64,000 nt of DNA, from assembly GCA_038323865.1 (NCBI GenBank), contig JBBQHJ010000003.1:1385-65384 (forward strand), in the 5' to 3' direction. Made by a program: the position numbers and the translations under genes. The DNA comes from Gemmatimonadales bacterium (lineage in GTDB: Bacteria; Gemmatimonadota; Gemmatimonadetes; Gemmatimonadales; Gemmatimonadaceae). The stretch's first letter is position 1. Each line of letters begins with the position of its first letter. Below, piece after piece: positions 37,902 to 46,834 of this stretch. The notes below the pieces were generated by a model. That model had not been told where the DNA came from. It made no database searches and saw only the letters and a list, made by a program, of their open reading frames with translations.

Positions 37902-38591
37902 GTGTCCTCAACGAACCCGAGCAATCCCAACAGTCAGCCCGGTCCGTCGTCGCAGCTTCGTGTGTTGGTCGTAGACGACCAGGATGCGGTGCGTGCGGCC
38001 ATTGCCGGCCTCCTGACGGCGCGTGGGTTTGACAGTGTTCAGGCTGGAACGGGAGAAGAGGCGCTCGATCGTTTGCGCACGGAGTACTTCGACGTGATGG
38101 TGTGCGATGTTCGCATGCCGGGGATGTCGGGTCTCCAGATTCTCACCGAGGCGCTGAACATCGAGCGCGGGTTGCCGGTGTTGATGCTTACTGCGGCGAA
38201 CGATCTCGAGACGGCGCGTGACGCGATGGAGCGCGGCGCAATGGACTATCTCACGAAGCCGATCGAGATGGACGATCTGGCGTCGGCGGTACACAGTGCC
38301 GCGCAACACCGGCGCTATGAGCTCAAGCGAATCAGCGGGCCGCAGCCGGTGATTCCGCGCATTTCGTCCGGCGCGAACGATGTGGAGTTGGTCGGTGGCC
38401 CGCTGGATTCTCGGCGGGTCCGTGTAGAAGACGCCCGCTACCGGCTCTGGGTTGTGATGCAGCCAGACGGAGAGCATGTGTGGGCGTCGATTGACCCGCC
38501 CACCAACCTTCCCACAGGTACGCGCGCAATTGGCTCATACGCATTCTCGGCTGAACATCAGACCATGCGCTGGACCCCCGACCAGCCCTAG
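37902..38591 (+). CDS. Response regulator (receiver domain + uncharacterised C-terminal region)
   Basis: LVVDDQDAV...DVMVCDVRMPGMSG...LTAAND...DYLTKP receiver motifs. The last ~95 aa show no recognisable output domain. Confidence 0.8.
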   Translation: MSSTNPSNPNSQPGPSSQLRVLVVDDQDAVRAAIAGLLTARGFDSVQAGTGEEALDRLRTEYFDVMVCDVRMPGMSGLQILTEALNIERGLPVLMLTAANDLETARDAMERGAMDYLTKPIEMDDLASAVHSAAQHRRYELKRISGPQPVIPRISSGANDVELVGGPLDSRRVRVEDARYRLWVVMQPDGEHVWASIDPPTNLPTGTRAIGSYAFSAEHQTMRWTPDQP

Positions 38592-39348
38592 CCGGCGGGG
38601 TCGCGTACGCGAACTGCTGAGCGCCGGAATCGGCCTCGCGTTCGCTGTGATGGCATGTGGAGCGAGCGCGGCGACCGTGCCGCTCGAAGGCGGGGGCTTT
38701 CACGTGCTGTTCATCGGGAACAGCCTCACGTACACAAACGATCTCCCCAATACCGTTTCGCAAATCGCCGCGCTCGCCGGCGACACGATTCGTACGCGCG
38801 CGGTGGCACTTCCGGACTACGCGCTCATTGATCACGTAAAGGGCGGGAGTGACGCTGTCGCTGTGATCAAGGGCGAGCGGTGGAACTTCGTGGTGCTGCA
38901 ACAGGGACCATCGGCGCAACAGTTGGGCCGAGATACGCTTGTCTTGGCGACGCAGCTGTTCGATCCGTTCATCAAGGCCGCCGGCGCAACGAGCGCGCAG
39001 TTCATGACATGGCCGGCGTCGAATCGACTGACGGCATTCGACAGTGTTCTCACGTCGTCGCAAATAGCGGCGCAAGCGGTGGGCGGTGTCGTGTTCCCCG
39101 CAGGAAAGGCCTGGACCATTGCCTGGGCAGCGGACAAGACGCTGGCGCTGTACGGACCGGATGGATATCACCCGAGTGAGCTCGGAACGTTTCTCTCGGC
39201 GTTGGTGATTTACGAAGGCGTCACCAGGCATGATGCGCGGCTGCTACCAGCGCGCGCGTTTGCTGGCGGACGAGAGATCTCTGTTCCGGCGGCGAGCATT
39301 CGGGTTCTACAGCAGGCGGCGCACGAGGCGGTGGTTGGTTACAGGTAG
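38476..39348 (+). CDS. SGNH/GDSL-type hydrolase (start uncertain)
   Basis: Block I FIGNSLTYTNDLP and a later DGYHPS (block V-like). A signal/lipobox-like segment LLSAGIGLAFAVMAC lies at ~38614-38655. The only canonical upstream start (38476) overlaps the regulator by 116 nt, so the true start is unclear. Confidence 0.6.
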   Translation: MCGRRLTRPPTFPQVRAQLAHTHSRLNIRPCAGPPTSPSRRGRVRELLSAGIGLAFAVMACGASAATVPLEGGGFHVLFIGNSLTYTNDLPNTVSQIAALAGDTIRTRAVALPDYALIDHVKGGSDAVAVIKGERWNFVVLQQGPSAQQLGRDTLVLATQLFDPFIKAAGATSAQFMTWPASNRLTAFDSVLTSSQIAAQAVGGVVFPAGKAWTIAWAADKTLALYGPDGYHPSELGTFLSALVIYEGVTRHDARLLPARAFAGGREISVPAASIRVLQQAAHEAVVGYR

Positions 39349-39351
39349 GAA

Positions 39352-39454
39352 GTGCAGATTCCTCGACTGCGCTCGGAATGACACCCATGCAGAGTCCTCG
39401 ACTGCGCTCGGAATGACACCCATGCAGAGTCCTCGACTGCGCTCGGAATGACAC
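39352..39454 (+). repeat. Repeat family locus R3: three tandem units, exact 35-bp period
   Basis: The core CCTCGACTGCGCTCGGAATGACA starts at 39361, 39396 and 39431. The linkers CCCATGCAGAGT are identical. Located between convergent genes. Confidence 0.95.
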
Positions 39455-39456
39455 TA

Positions 39457-40668
39457 CTACCTGCGCACGTTGCGAATGACGCGCCCGCCTTTCATCACAA
39501 AGACCACGCGCTGTAGTGCTGTGATATCGCGCGTGGGATCGCCGTCGACCGCGATGAGGTCCGCCTGATAGCCTGACTCGATGAGGCCGACCTCTCCGCG
39601 AAGTCCAAGCGCTTCGGCGTTGAGTGACGTCGCAGAGATGATCGCGTCCATGGCGTTCTGACCGCCGTCGCGAACGCGACAGATGAGATCTGCGGCGTTT
39701 TGCCCGTGAGCCCCGGCAACGGCGTCAGTGCCGTACACCATCTTGAGCCCGCGCGTGTGCGACGCCATACGAATGACGGTAGCCGCAGTCGGAATTGCCT
39801 TTTCCATCGCGGCGAATCCAGCCGCGTTGTAGTTGCCGATGCCATCGTACTTCACGCGATTGTCGAGGTAGTTCCGAAAGACCAAGCTGCACTGTGGGTC
39901 GAAGTAGGTACCGTTCTGCGCCATGAGGTCGAGGACCTCCTGTGTCGCAAACACACCGTGCTCCACTTGCGTGCACCCCGCGAGCGTGGCCGCGCGCATG
40001 GACTCGGCGCTGTGCGCATGCACCATTGTGCGGATCCCGAGAGACGTTGCTTCGCCACAGAGTGCCTTGAGTTGTTCGTCGCTCATGGTCTGCGTGCCAC
40101 CGTCGCGGATACTTGCCGAGGCGAAGATCTTGATGAAGTCGGCACCGGCATTCTTCCGTTGACGAACAAGCGCCCGCAGCGAATCGGGCGCGAGTCGCGC
40201 GTTCGAGATGGGATCGAGCGACGTGAAGATCCGTGGTCCGGCCAACACTCCACGCGTGATGGCATCGCGAAGCGGCGCATCGGATGCAGAACCCGGGCTC
40301 GCAATCGTAGTGAAGCCCGCATCGAGAATGCTGTACGCATTTCCTACGGCCGCGAGGGATTCCTCGATGGGTGTTTCGCCGTCGCTGTTGGTATGAAAGC
40401 GCCCGGCGCGATTGAAGTGCCAGCCCACATGCTCGTGAATGTCGATGAGACCGGGAAGCAGCGTATAGCGTGACAGATCATAGGTCACAGGAGTGCCCGC
40501 AGTCGTACGCACGCTGCCGATCTTTTCGCCGCTCACGACAATCACCGCATTCATCGTAGCACCGCCCTTTCCGTCGAGCACGCGACCGGCGCGAATCGTG
40601 ATCGGCGCGCTCTGTGCGGCGAGCGGTACGGTGAATGCCAACAGGAACAACGCGAGAAGTCGGCGCAT
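39457..40668 (-). CDS. Secreted amidohydrolase-family protein
   Basis: Signal peptide MRRLLALFLLAFTVPLAAQSA, then LPGLIDIHEHVGWH (H-x-H metal site) and later HAHS...DAVAG motifs. Start at ATG 40668; the track ORF runs to 40950 through the neighbouring gene. Confidence 0.8.
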   Translation of the reverse strand: MRRLLALFLLAFTVPLAAQSAPITIRAGRVLDGKGGATMNAVIVVSGEKIGSVRTTAGTPVTYDLSRYTLLPGLIDIHEHVGWHFNRAGRFHTNSDGETPIEESLAAVGNAYSILDAGFTTIASPGSASDAPLRDAITRGVLAGPRIFTSLDPISNARLAPDSLRALVRQRKNAGADFIKIFASASIRDGGTQTMSDEQLKALCGEATSLGIRTMVHAHSAESMRAATLAGCTQVEHGVFATQEVLDLMAQNGTYFDPQCSLVFRNYLDNRVKYDGIGNYNAAGFAAMEKAIPTAATVIRMASHTRGLKMVYGTDAVAGAHGQNAADLICRVRDGGQNAMDAIISATSLNAEALGLRGEVGLIESGYQADLIAVDGDPTRDITALQRVVFVMKGGRVIRNVRR

Positions 40669-40684
40669 AGGAGAGTTGGGGTGA

Positions 40685-41956
40685 TTAGTCATCGGCCATA
40701 CGGCCGTTGCGACTGGTTTCAGGCATGGTGGCATACACAACGAGCGACATCGCGATACATGCGGTGACATACCAGAAATACCAGGCTTCGTGGCCGATGC
40801 TCTTGACCCATAGAGCGAGATATTCCGCCGTTCCACCGAAAACAGATACAGTGACAGCGTAGGGGAGTGCGACGCCAAGCGCACGAATCTCAGTCGGGAA
40901 AAGCTCGGCTTTGACGACCGCGTTGATCGAGGTATAGCCGCTAACAGCAATGAGCGCGGAGATCAGAAGGGTGAAAGCGGCAGCTTCGGTGTGCGCCTTG
41001 GCCAGCGCAGTTAGCAACGGCACGGTGCCGAACAATCCGAGAATGCCAAACGCCAGAAGTACCGGGCGTCGGCCGATGCGATCAGAGATGAAGCCAACGA
41101 GTGGCTGGATCAGCATGAAAACGAGCAAGGAGATGGCGGAGATTCTGGACGCATCTGCCTTGCTCCATCCCGCCGAGTTGACGAGAAACTTCTGTGCGTA
41201 GGTGGTGAGTGTGTAGAAGGCGACCGTACCGCCCGCGGTGAGACCTACCACCGTGAGAATCTGCCGCGGATAGCGTAGAAGCTCGCGCACGGATGCGTGC
41301 TCCGTGGCGGTGCCGTCATGCGTGGCGGCTCGGAACGAAGGAGTCTCCTCGAGCCCGCGCCGCACCCACAGTGCCACGACGGCCAGCCCTGCTCCGACGA
41401 AGAACGGAATGCGCCACGCCCAACTTTCAAGCGCCGCCGCTCCAAGTGTGCTCTGAAGGACGAGCAGTACGGCGAGGGCGATGAGCTGGCCGCTGATCAG
41501 TGTGACGTACTGAAAGCTCGAATAGAACCCGCGCAGGCGCTGACCTGCCATCTCGCTGAGATACGTTGCGCTTGCGCCGTATTCACCGCCCACGCTGAGG
41601 CCCTGAAGCAGCCGTGCGAGAACGAGCAGCACCGGCGCAGCAACACCGATCGATGCGTAGCCCGGAGTAACTGCGATCATCAACGATCCAAGGCACATGA
41701 GCAAGACGGAGATGCTCAGCGCAGCGCGACGGCCGTGACGGTCGGCGTAGCGACCCATGAGCCACCCACCAACGGGGCGCATGAGAAATCCAACCGCGAA
41801 CACCGCAGCTGCGTTGAGTAACTGCGCAGTCTGGCTTGCAGGCGGAAAGAACACCTTGGCGAAATAGAGGGAAAACGCCGAGTACACGTACCAGTCGTAC
41901 CACTCGACGAGATTTCCGACGGAACCACCGACAATTGATTTGAGACGGTGAGGCAT
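40685..41956 (-). CDS. MFS transporter (metabolite:H+ symporter family-like)
   Basis: 423 aa with 12 predicted hydrophobic segments and the GRYADRHGRR motif between TM2 and TM3. Confidence 0.8.
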   Translation of the reverse strand: MPHRLKSIVGGSVGNLVEWYDWYVYSAFSLYFAKVFFPPASQTAQLLNAAAVFAVGFLMRPVGGWLMGRYADRHGRRAALSISVLLMCLGSLMIAVTPGYASIGVAAPVLLVLARLLQGLSVGGEYGASATYLSEMAGQRLRGFYSSFQYVTLISGQLIALAVLLVLQSTLGAAALESWAWRIPFFVGAGLAVVALWVRRGLEETPSFRAATHDGTATEHASVRELLRYPRQILTVVGLTAGGTVAFYTLTTYAQKFLVNSAGWSKADASRISAISLLVFMLIQPLVGFISDRIGRRPVLLAFGILGLFGTVPLLTALAKAHTEAAAFTLLISALIAVSGYTSINAVVKAELFPTEIRALGVALPYAVTVSVFGGTAEYLALWVKSIGHEAWYFWYVTACIAMSLVVYATMPETSRNGRMADD

Positions 41957-41996
41957 CGGCCTATCGTGCTGTGCGTGAGCCAGCTAAGCTAGTGCC

Positions 41997-43256
41997 GTGA
42001 CCGATCAACGCGACGACAACCCGAAAACGCTGACGCGCCGCGCACTGGTTCGTTCAGCGGCAGTCGTGGCCAGTGCCGCGGTGGCAACGCCAATCGTTCG
42101 AGCACTGGCTCAACAGAATGCGGGGCCGCCGGTGGTGGAGCCGCTGACGGATGCGACGAAGATGTCCGGCCTGCCGACCGCAGCGCTGAATGCACGCTCG
42201 GCGTTTGAAGATCCAGGTCAATTGCCCGTCGGTGTGCTGAGTGGCTCATCACACACGCCGTTGCAGGCATTGCGTGGAACCATCACGCCATCGGATCTGC
42301 ACTTCCAACGACATCACAATGGGATCGCCGTACTGGATCCAGCAAAGCACACGCTCACGCTGCACGGGCTCGTGGACCGGCCGCTGACGTTCAGCGTGGA
42401 TGATATCAAGCGATTTCCATCGACCAGCAGAACGTGTTTCGTCGAATGCGCGGGCAATGGGCGTTCCGCCTATCGCACGCCGAAACCAGAGATGACGCCG
42501 CAGGACGTCGACGGATTGACGTCGAATTCAGAATGGACGGGCGTGTCGGTCTCCACGCTGCTTCGCGAAGCAGGCGTGAAATCGGGCGGTACATGGGTGT
42601 TGGCAGAAGGCGGCGACGCCGCGGTACTGTCGCGGAGTATTCCGATGAAAAAAATGCTCGATGACGCGATCATCGCGTACGCGCAGAACGGCGAGGCGGT
42701 GCGACCGGCCAACGGTTATCCACTGCGGTTGGTGTTGCCGGGATACGAAGGAAATATGTGCATCAAGTGGCTCCGCCGACTCAAGGTGATCGACCAGCCC
42801 AACATGTCGCGCGACGAAACGTCGAAATACACGGATCCACTTCCCGACGGCACGGCGAGGCAGTTCAGTTTTTTGATGGATGCGAAGTCGATCATCACCT
42901 CACCGGCATTTCCGGAGAAGCTCACACAGCGCGGTTGGTGGCCCATCACCGGGCTGGCATGGTCGGGCCGCGGAAAGATCAGTCGAGTGGACGTGAGCAC
43001 GGACGGCGGAAAGAACTGGACTGAAGCAGAGCTCATTGGACCATCACTCTCGTGCGCACACGTACGCTTCCAGCACATGTGGGAGTGGAAGGGCCAGCAA
43101 ACACAGATCATGAGTCGTGCGACTGACGAAACGGGCTACGCGCAGCCGACGCTCGCAGACTTCAAACGTGTGCGGGGAACGGGAACGGACTACCACTACA
43201 ATTCCATTCGCACATGGAATGTCGCGGCTGACGGTGCGGTGACGTTCGGTGGCTAA
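41997..43256 (+). CDS. Molybdopterin sulfite dehydrogenase/oxidase-family subunit (SorA/SoxC-like), Tat-exported
   Basis: Tat-like TRRALVRSAAVVASAAVA. FVECAGNGR contains the Mo-ligand Cys context, with a dimerisation domain following. Confidence 0.8.
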   Translation: MTDQRDDNPKTLTRRALVRSAAVVASAAVATPIVRALAQQNAGPPVVEPLTDATKMSGLPTAALNARSAFEDPGQLPVGVLSGSSHTPLQALRGTITPSDLHFQRHHNGIAVLDPAKHTLTLHGLVDRPLTFSVDDIKRFPSTSRTCFVECAGNGRSAYRTPKPEMTPQDVDGLTSNSEWTGVSVSTLLREAGVKSGGTWVLAEGGDAAVLSRSIPMKKMLDDAIIAYAQNGEAVRPANGYPLRLVLPGYEGNMCIKWLRRLKVIDQPNMSRDETSKYTDPLPDGTARQFSFLMDAKSIITSPAFPEKLTQRGWWPITGLAWSGRGKISRVDVSTDGGKNWTEAELIGPSLSCAHVRFQHMWEWKGQQTQIMSRATDETGYAQPTLADFKRVRGTGTDYHYNSIRTWNVAADGAVTFGG

Positions 43257-43836
43257 GGCGAGGGCAGCAGCTTTCGTTGTTCTGGTTTTGCTCGCCGGTG
43301 CGTGCGAGGCGCGTGACGCGTCACCGGCAAAGAGCAAACGTCCCGATCGTTTCGGAATCGGACGAGCGGCCACGCCGCAGGAAATTGCGGCGATCGACAT
43401 CGATGTGAATCCGGCCGGTGCGGGACTACCGGAAGGACAAGGCACAGCAGCAACTGGTGCGCTCGTCTACGCGAGCAAGTGCGCAGCGTGTCACGGCCCG
43501 CATGGAGAAGGGATCGACAAGAATCCCAAACTGATAGGCAAGGATCCGCCGGCCGGATTTGCTTTCGCGAATGACGTAAAGGCGACAAAGACGATCGGCA
43601 ACTACTGGCCGTACGCGACGACACTCTACGACTACGTGCATCGCGCGATGCCACTCACGGCGCCAGGTTCGCTGACGCCTGATGAGATCTACGGTGTGGT
43701 TGCTTTCATCCTCTCTGAGAACGGCATCGCTCCGGCGACGACAGTCATCAACAAGACGTCGCTGCCAAAAGTGAAGATGCCGGCGCAGTCGCACTTCGTG
43801 ACTGACAACCGGAAAGGCGGCGTCGAGTTCAAGTAG
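43249..43836 (+). CDS. Monohaem cytochrome c partner (SorB/SoxD-like)
   Basis: CAACHG haem motif. The GTG start overlaps the upstream stop. Confidence 0.75.
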   Translation: MAKARAAAFVVLVLLAGACEARDASPAKSKRPDRFGIGRAATPQEIAAIDIDVNPAGAGLPEGQGTAATGALVYASKCAACHGPHGEGIDKNPKLIGKDPPAGFAFANDVKATKTIGNYWPYATTLYDYVHRAMPLTAPGSLTPDEIYGVVAFILSENGIAPATTVINKTSLPKVKMPAQSHFVTDNRKGGVEFK

Positions 43837-44416
43837 CGGCTGCGTCGATCCAGGTGCGTACCGCGGGCGTACGCATCTGCTCCATCTGATCGAGCAACGC
43901 CACTGGATCATCACTCACCGCGAGCATCGCACGATTCTCGGCGCCGAGAAATCCTTCGGCGACGGCGTGGTCAAGAAATGCGAGCAACGGATTGAAGAAT
44001 CCGTTCACATTGAGCAAGCCATACGGCTTGCGGTGCAGGCCGAGCTGGCCCCACGTCCAGATTTCGAAGAGCTCCTCGAGTGTGCCAATGCCGCCCGGCA
44101 GAGCGATGAAGCCATCGGCGAGAGATGAGAGCAGTGTCTTGCGTTCGTGCATGGAGTCGACGACGCGCAACTCGGTGAGGCCGGTGTGCGCGACCTCGCG
44201 TTCCACAAGGTGTCGAGGCATCACGCCAACGATCTGACCATTCGCCGACAGCGCGCCCTCGGCGAGTGCGCCCATGAGGCCCGTGCGCCCACCGCCAAAC
44301 ACAACTCGACGGCCGCCTTCGGCGAGCAACCGGCCGAAGGCGTGTGCTCGTTCGCGGTACATTGGATCGGTACCGGGATTGGCGGCACAAAAAACACAGA
44401 CGGTGTCAAGCGTCAT
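43829..44416 (-). CDS. LOG-family (TIGR00730) nucleotide phosphoribohydrolase
   Basis: VFGGGRTGLMG and the PGGIGTLEE motif. Start at ATG 44416. Confidence 0.8.
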   Translation of the reverse strand: MTLDTVCVFCAANPGTDPMYRERAHAFGRLLAEGGRRVVFGGGRTGLMGALAEGALSANGQIVGVMPRHLVEREVAHTGLTELRVVDSMHERKTLLSSLADGFIALPGGIGTLEELFEIWTWGQLGLHRKPYGLLNVNGFFNPLLAFLDHAVAEGFLGAENRAMLAVSDDPVALLDQMEQMRTPAVRTWIDAAAT

Positions 44417-45264
44417 GTGCGTTCGAGGAGGATGATGCCGGACATGCGGCGCCCTTCTTCGCGACGCTTTGGTCCACCGATGAGAGAAAGGAATCGCCAG
44501 AGCCACATCATGCGCATCTCTCGGTTGAGGCGCCGTGCCTCCTCCATTGACGAGCGATACACCACCTCCGTCCAGCCGAGCGGCGCAAAGTACGCCTTGC
44601 TGTCAGGAGGTCCGAACTTGAATGGTGCGTTGCCTTTCTCGAGGTGCTTGCCCCATGTGCGCGAGACGTACTCGAGCAGTCGCGGACTGGCGATGTCGGA
44701 AATCCACCAACGCGCGGAGGGTATGGCGTGCAGCGCGCGTGCCAGTGAGGTGACGTCATCGGGTGCAAGATAGATGAGAAGCCCTTCGGTGATGACGAGC
44801 ATGTTGGAGCTCGTACGTCCGATCTGCGCGAAGAGTGCGTCGCGATTGGCGCTGCTGGTGAGGTCGACAGCGATGGCCTCGTATTGGCACACCGGCTTCT
44901 CGTTGCGCATGTGCGACATCTTGTAGTCGACCATGCCGGGTAGGTCGACATCGATCCAGCGAAGCGATGGCGGGAGCGGCAGGCGCCATGCGCGCGCATC
45001 GAGACCAGCGGCGAGATTGAGCACCGTGTCCACGCCGGCGCTACGCACACGATCGAGAATCATCTCGTCCATGACGGCGGTGCGCACGATCATGGCCCAC
45101 GCCATGGCCTTGCCCTGTTTCATTCCGTCGACAATCTGCTGTCCCTGCTCGCCGGCGAGGCGTTCAGCGAAGGGATCGCGGAAGAGCGCGTCCGGGCGCG
45201 CAGTTTCCATGGCCCGATAGACGGCGACCCAGCGCGCGGTGTCCGATACGTTTTCGATCAGCAT
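44413..45264 (-). CDS. Class I SAM-dependent methyltransferase (LCMT/TIGR00027-like)
   Basis: SDTARWVAVYRA...DPFAERLAG...VLNLAAGLDARAWRL. Confidence 0.7.
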   Translation of the reverse strand: MLIENVSDTARWVAVYRAMETARPDALFRDPFAERLAGEQGQQIVDGMKQGKAMAWAMIVRTAVMDEMILDRVRSAGVDTVLNLAAGLDARAWRLPLPPSLRWIDVDLPGMVDYKMSHMRNEKPVCQYEAIAVDLTSSANRDALFAQIGRTSSNMLVITEGLLIYLAPDDVTSLARALHAIPSARWWISDIASPRLLEYVSRTWGKHLEKGNAPFKFGPPDSKAYFAPLGWTEVVYRSSMEEARRLNREMRMMWLWRFLSLIGGPKRREEGRRMSGIILLERT

Positions 45265-45282
45265 GTCACTCCTTTCTAGTCA

Positions 45283-45902
45283 TCATGTAGACCACGCGAG
45301 ACGAAGGCCGAGTGCGACGAATACCCCACCGGTGACGCGATGCATGACCGTGGTCGCGCGACCAGGGCGGCGCAGGCGTTTGGCGGCCGAGTTACTAAAG
45401 TAGGCAACGAGCAAGTTCACGATTGTTCCGGTGGTATCGAACACGAGGCCGAGAAACACGACCTGGAGCGCAGTGTTGCTGCGAGCGGAACGACGAACTG
45501 CGGAAGGAATGCGAGAAAGAAGAACGCCACCTTCGGGTTGAGCACATTGATGATGACGCCCTGTCGAAAGATCACCCAAATGGACGCTGGTTCTAGTGCG
45601 CCGGGTGACGAGGCTTCCTTTGACAGGAGCGCGCGCACGCCGAGGTAGATGAGATAGAGGGCACCGGTAATGCGGATGGCAGTGTACGCCACGGGAACGG
45701 CCGTGAGTAACGCAGCGAGCCCGCCGGCGACGAGGGCAATGTGCACGAGCGTTCCTGCGCCGATACCCAGTGCCGACGCGATGCCAGCTGAACGTCCCTC
45801 GCTCGCACCGCGTGTGGCCACGTACAACATGTCCGGGCCCGGCGTGATGTTGAGCGCGAGTCCGGCAAGGAGGAACAGCACGACTGAATGGAGATCGGGC
45901 AC
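45283..45902 (-). pseudogene. LysE-family amino-acid exporter, frameshifted near 45485-45492
   Basis: ORF 45417-45902 carries the family core up to NPKVAFFFLAFLPQFV. The normal continuation (ALQVVFLGLVFDTTGTIVNLLVAY...GGVFVALGLRLAW) is in another frame (ORF 45283-45579). Confidence 0.7.
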
Positions 45903-45908
45903 TATCTG

Positions 45909-46796
45909 TTACTTGCTGGGCCGAGTGATGATGTGCTGATCGACAAGAAACGCTTCTAGGCGCGTCATCGCGATCCTCTTTTGTTCATCCGGAAACTTGC
46001 CATGTAGCCCACCGGGAACTGTGTGGAGTGCAACTGGAACGCCGACTCGGCGCAGCGCCGCTTCGAATGCGACGGATTGCGCGTACGGCACAGTGGGGTC
46101 GGCGTCGCCGTGAACAATGAAGATCGGGGGAAGTCCTGACCGCACATAGGACATCGGCGACATCCGCTTTCCCATTTCTGCCTGGGGGATGGAATCGCCG
46201 AGCCATGTTTTTGTCTTTGCGCTCTTGCTCGCGAAGTCGTTGACATCGGCGGGACCGTAGTAGTCGATGACGGCGGCGATGGATGGGATGTCGGAGCAAG
46301 ACGGCGAATCGATATCGGAGTGCGCAGGCAACAGGGCAGTCATGAGTGCGAGTTGACCACCGGCCGACGTTCCGTACGCGACCACCCGTTTAGTATCAAA
46401 ATGATACTTTCGTGCATTGGCTTTCAGCCATGCCATCGCGCAGCGGGCGTCCTGCACGGCGCCGGGAGCGCGCGCGGCGGCGGCCAGGCGGTAGTCGACC
46501 GACAACACGGAGAATCCCAGCGCTAGAAACTCGCGGAAGGAGCTCGCTGTCTTGGGCCGATCGCCGTCGGTCCACGAACCCCCGTGGAAATAGACCAGGA
46601 CGGGCGCCGCGGTTGAGGTGTCGGGCTGCTGATAGACATCGAGTAGCGATGGAACGTCATTCGTGCTGGCGTACGTGATGTTGTGGTATTCGAGCGGAGC
46701 ACGCTGTGCGAGCAGAATTGCCGCCGCAAGCGTTCCTGCGAGGACCGCCGCCGCGAACGCTGCGCGAATCATGGTACCTCCTATCGTCCGTCTCAC
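45909..46796 (-). CDS. Secreted alpha/beta hydrolase (esterase/lipase type)
   Basis: HGGSW oxyanion motif, the GTSAGG nucleophile elbow, HGDADPTVP, and an N-terminal signal peptide. Confidence 0.8.
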   Translation of the reverse strand: MRRTIGGTMIRAAFAAAVLAGTLAAAILLAQRAPLEYHNITYASTNDVPSLLDVYQQPDTSTAAPVLVYFHGGSWTDGDRPKTASSFREFLALGFSVLSVDYRLAAAARAPGAVQDARCAMAWLKANARKYHFDTKRVVAYGTSAGGQLALMTALLPAHSDIDSPSCSDIPSIAAVIDYYGPADVNDFASKSAKTKTWLGDSIPQAEMGKRMSPMSYVRSGLPPIFIVHGDADPTVPYAQSVAFEAALRRVGVPVALHTVPGGLHGKFPDEQKRIAMTRLEAFLVDQHIITRPSK

Positions 46797-46834
46797 TCCG
46801 TGCTAGAATAACACATCCTACCTGCTGACGACGC

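Noticed and set aside
39352-39454. Whether the 35-bp-period arrays (also at 28040 and 48238) are small CRISPR arrays.
   Set aside because: There are only 2-3 units per locus, and the intervening 12 nt are identical within a locus, so they are not unique spacers. The whole 35 bp is the repeated unit, and no cas genes are present in the window.
39461-39481. CTGCGCACGTTGCGAATGACG at the 3' end of the amidohydrolase gene, which resembles a fourth repeat unit.
   Set aside because: Its spacing is off the 35-bp register, and it encodes the conserved-looking C-terminus GRVIRNVRR. It is probably coincidental or at most a very old remnant.
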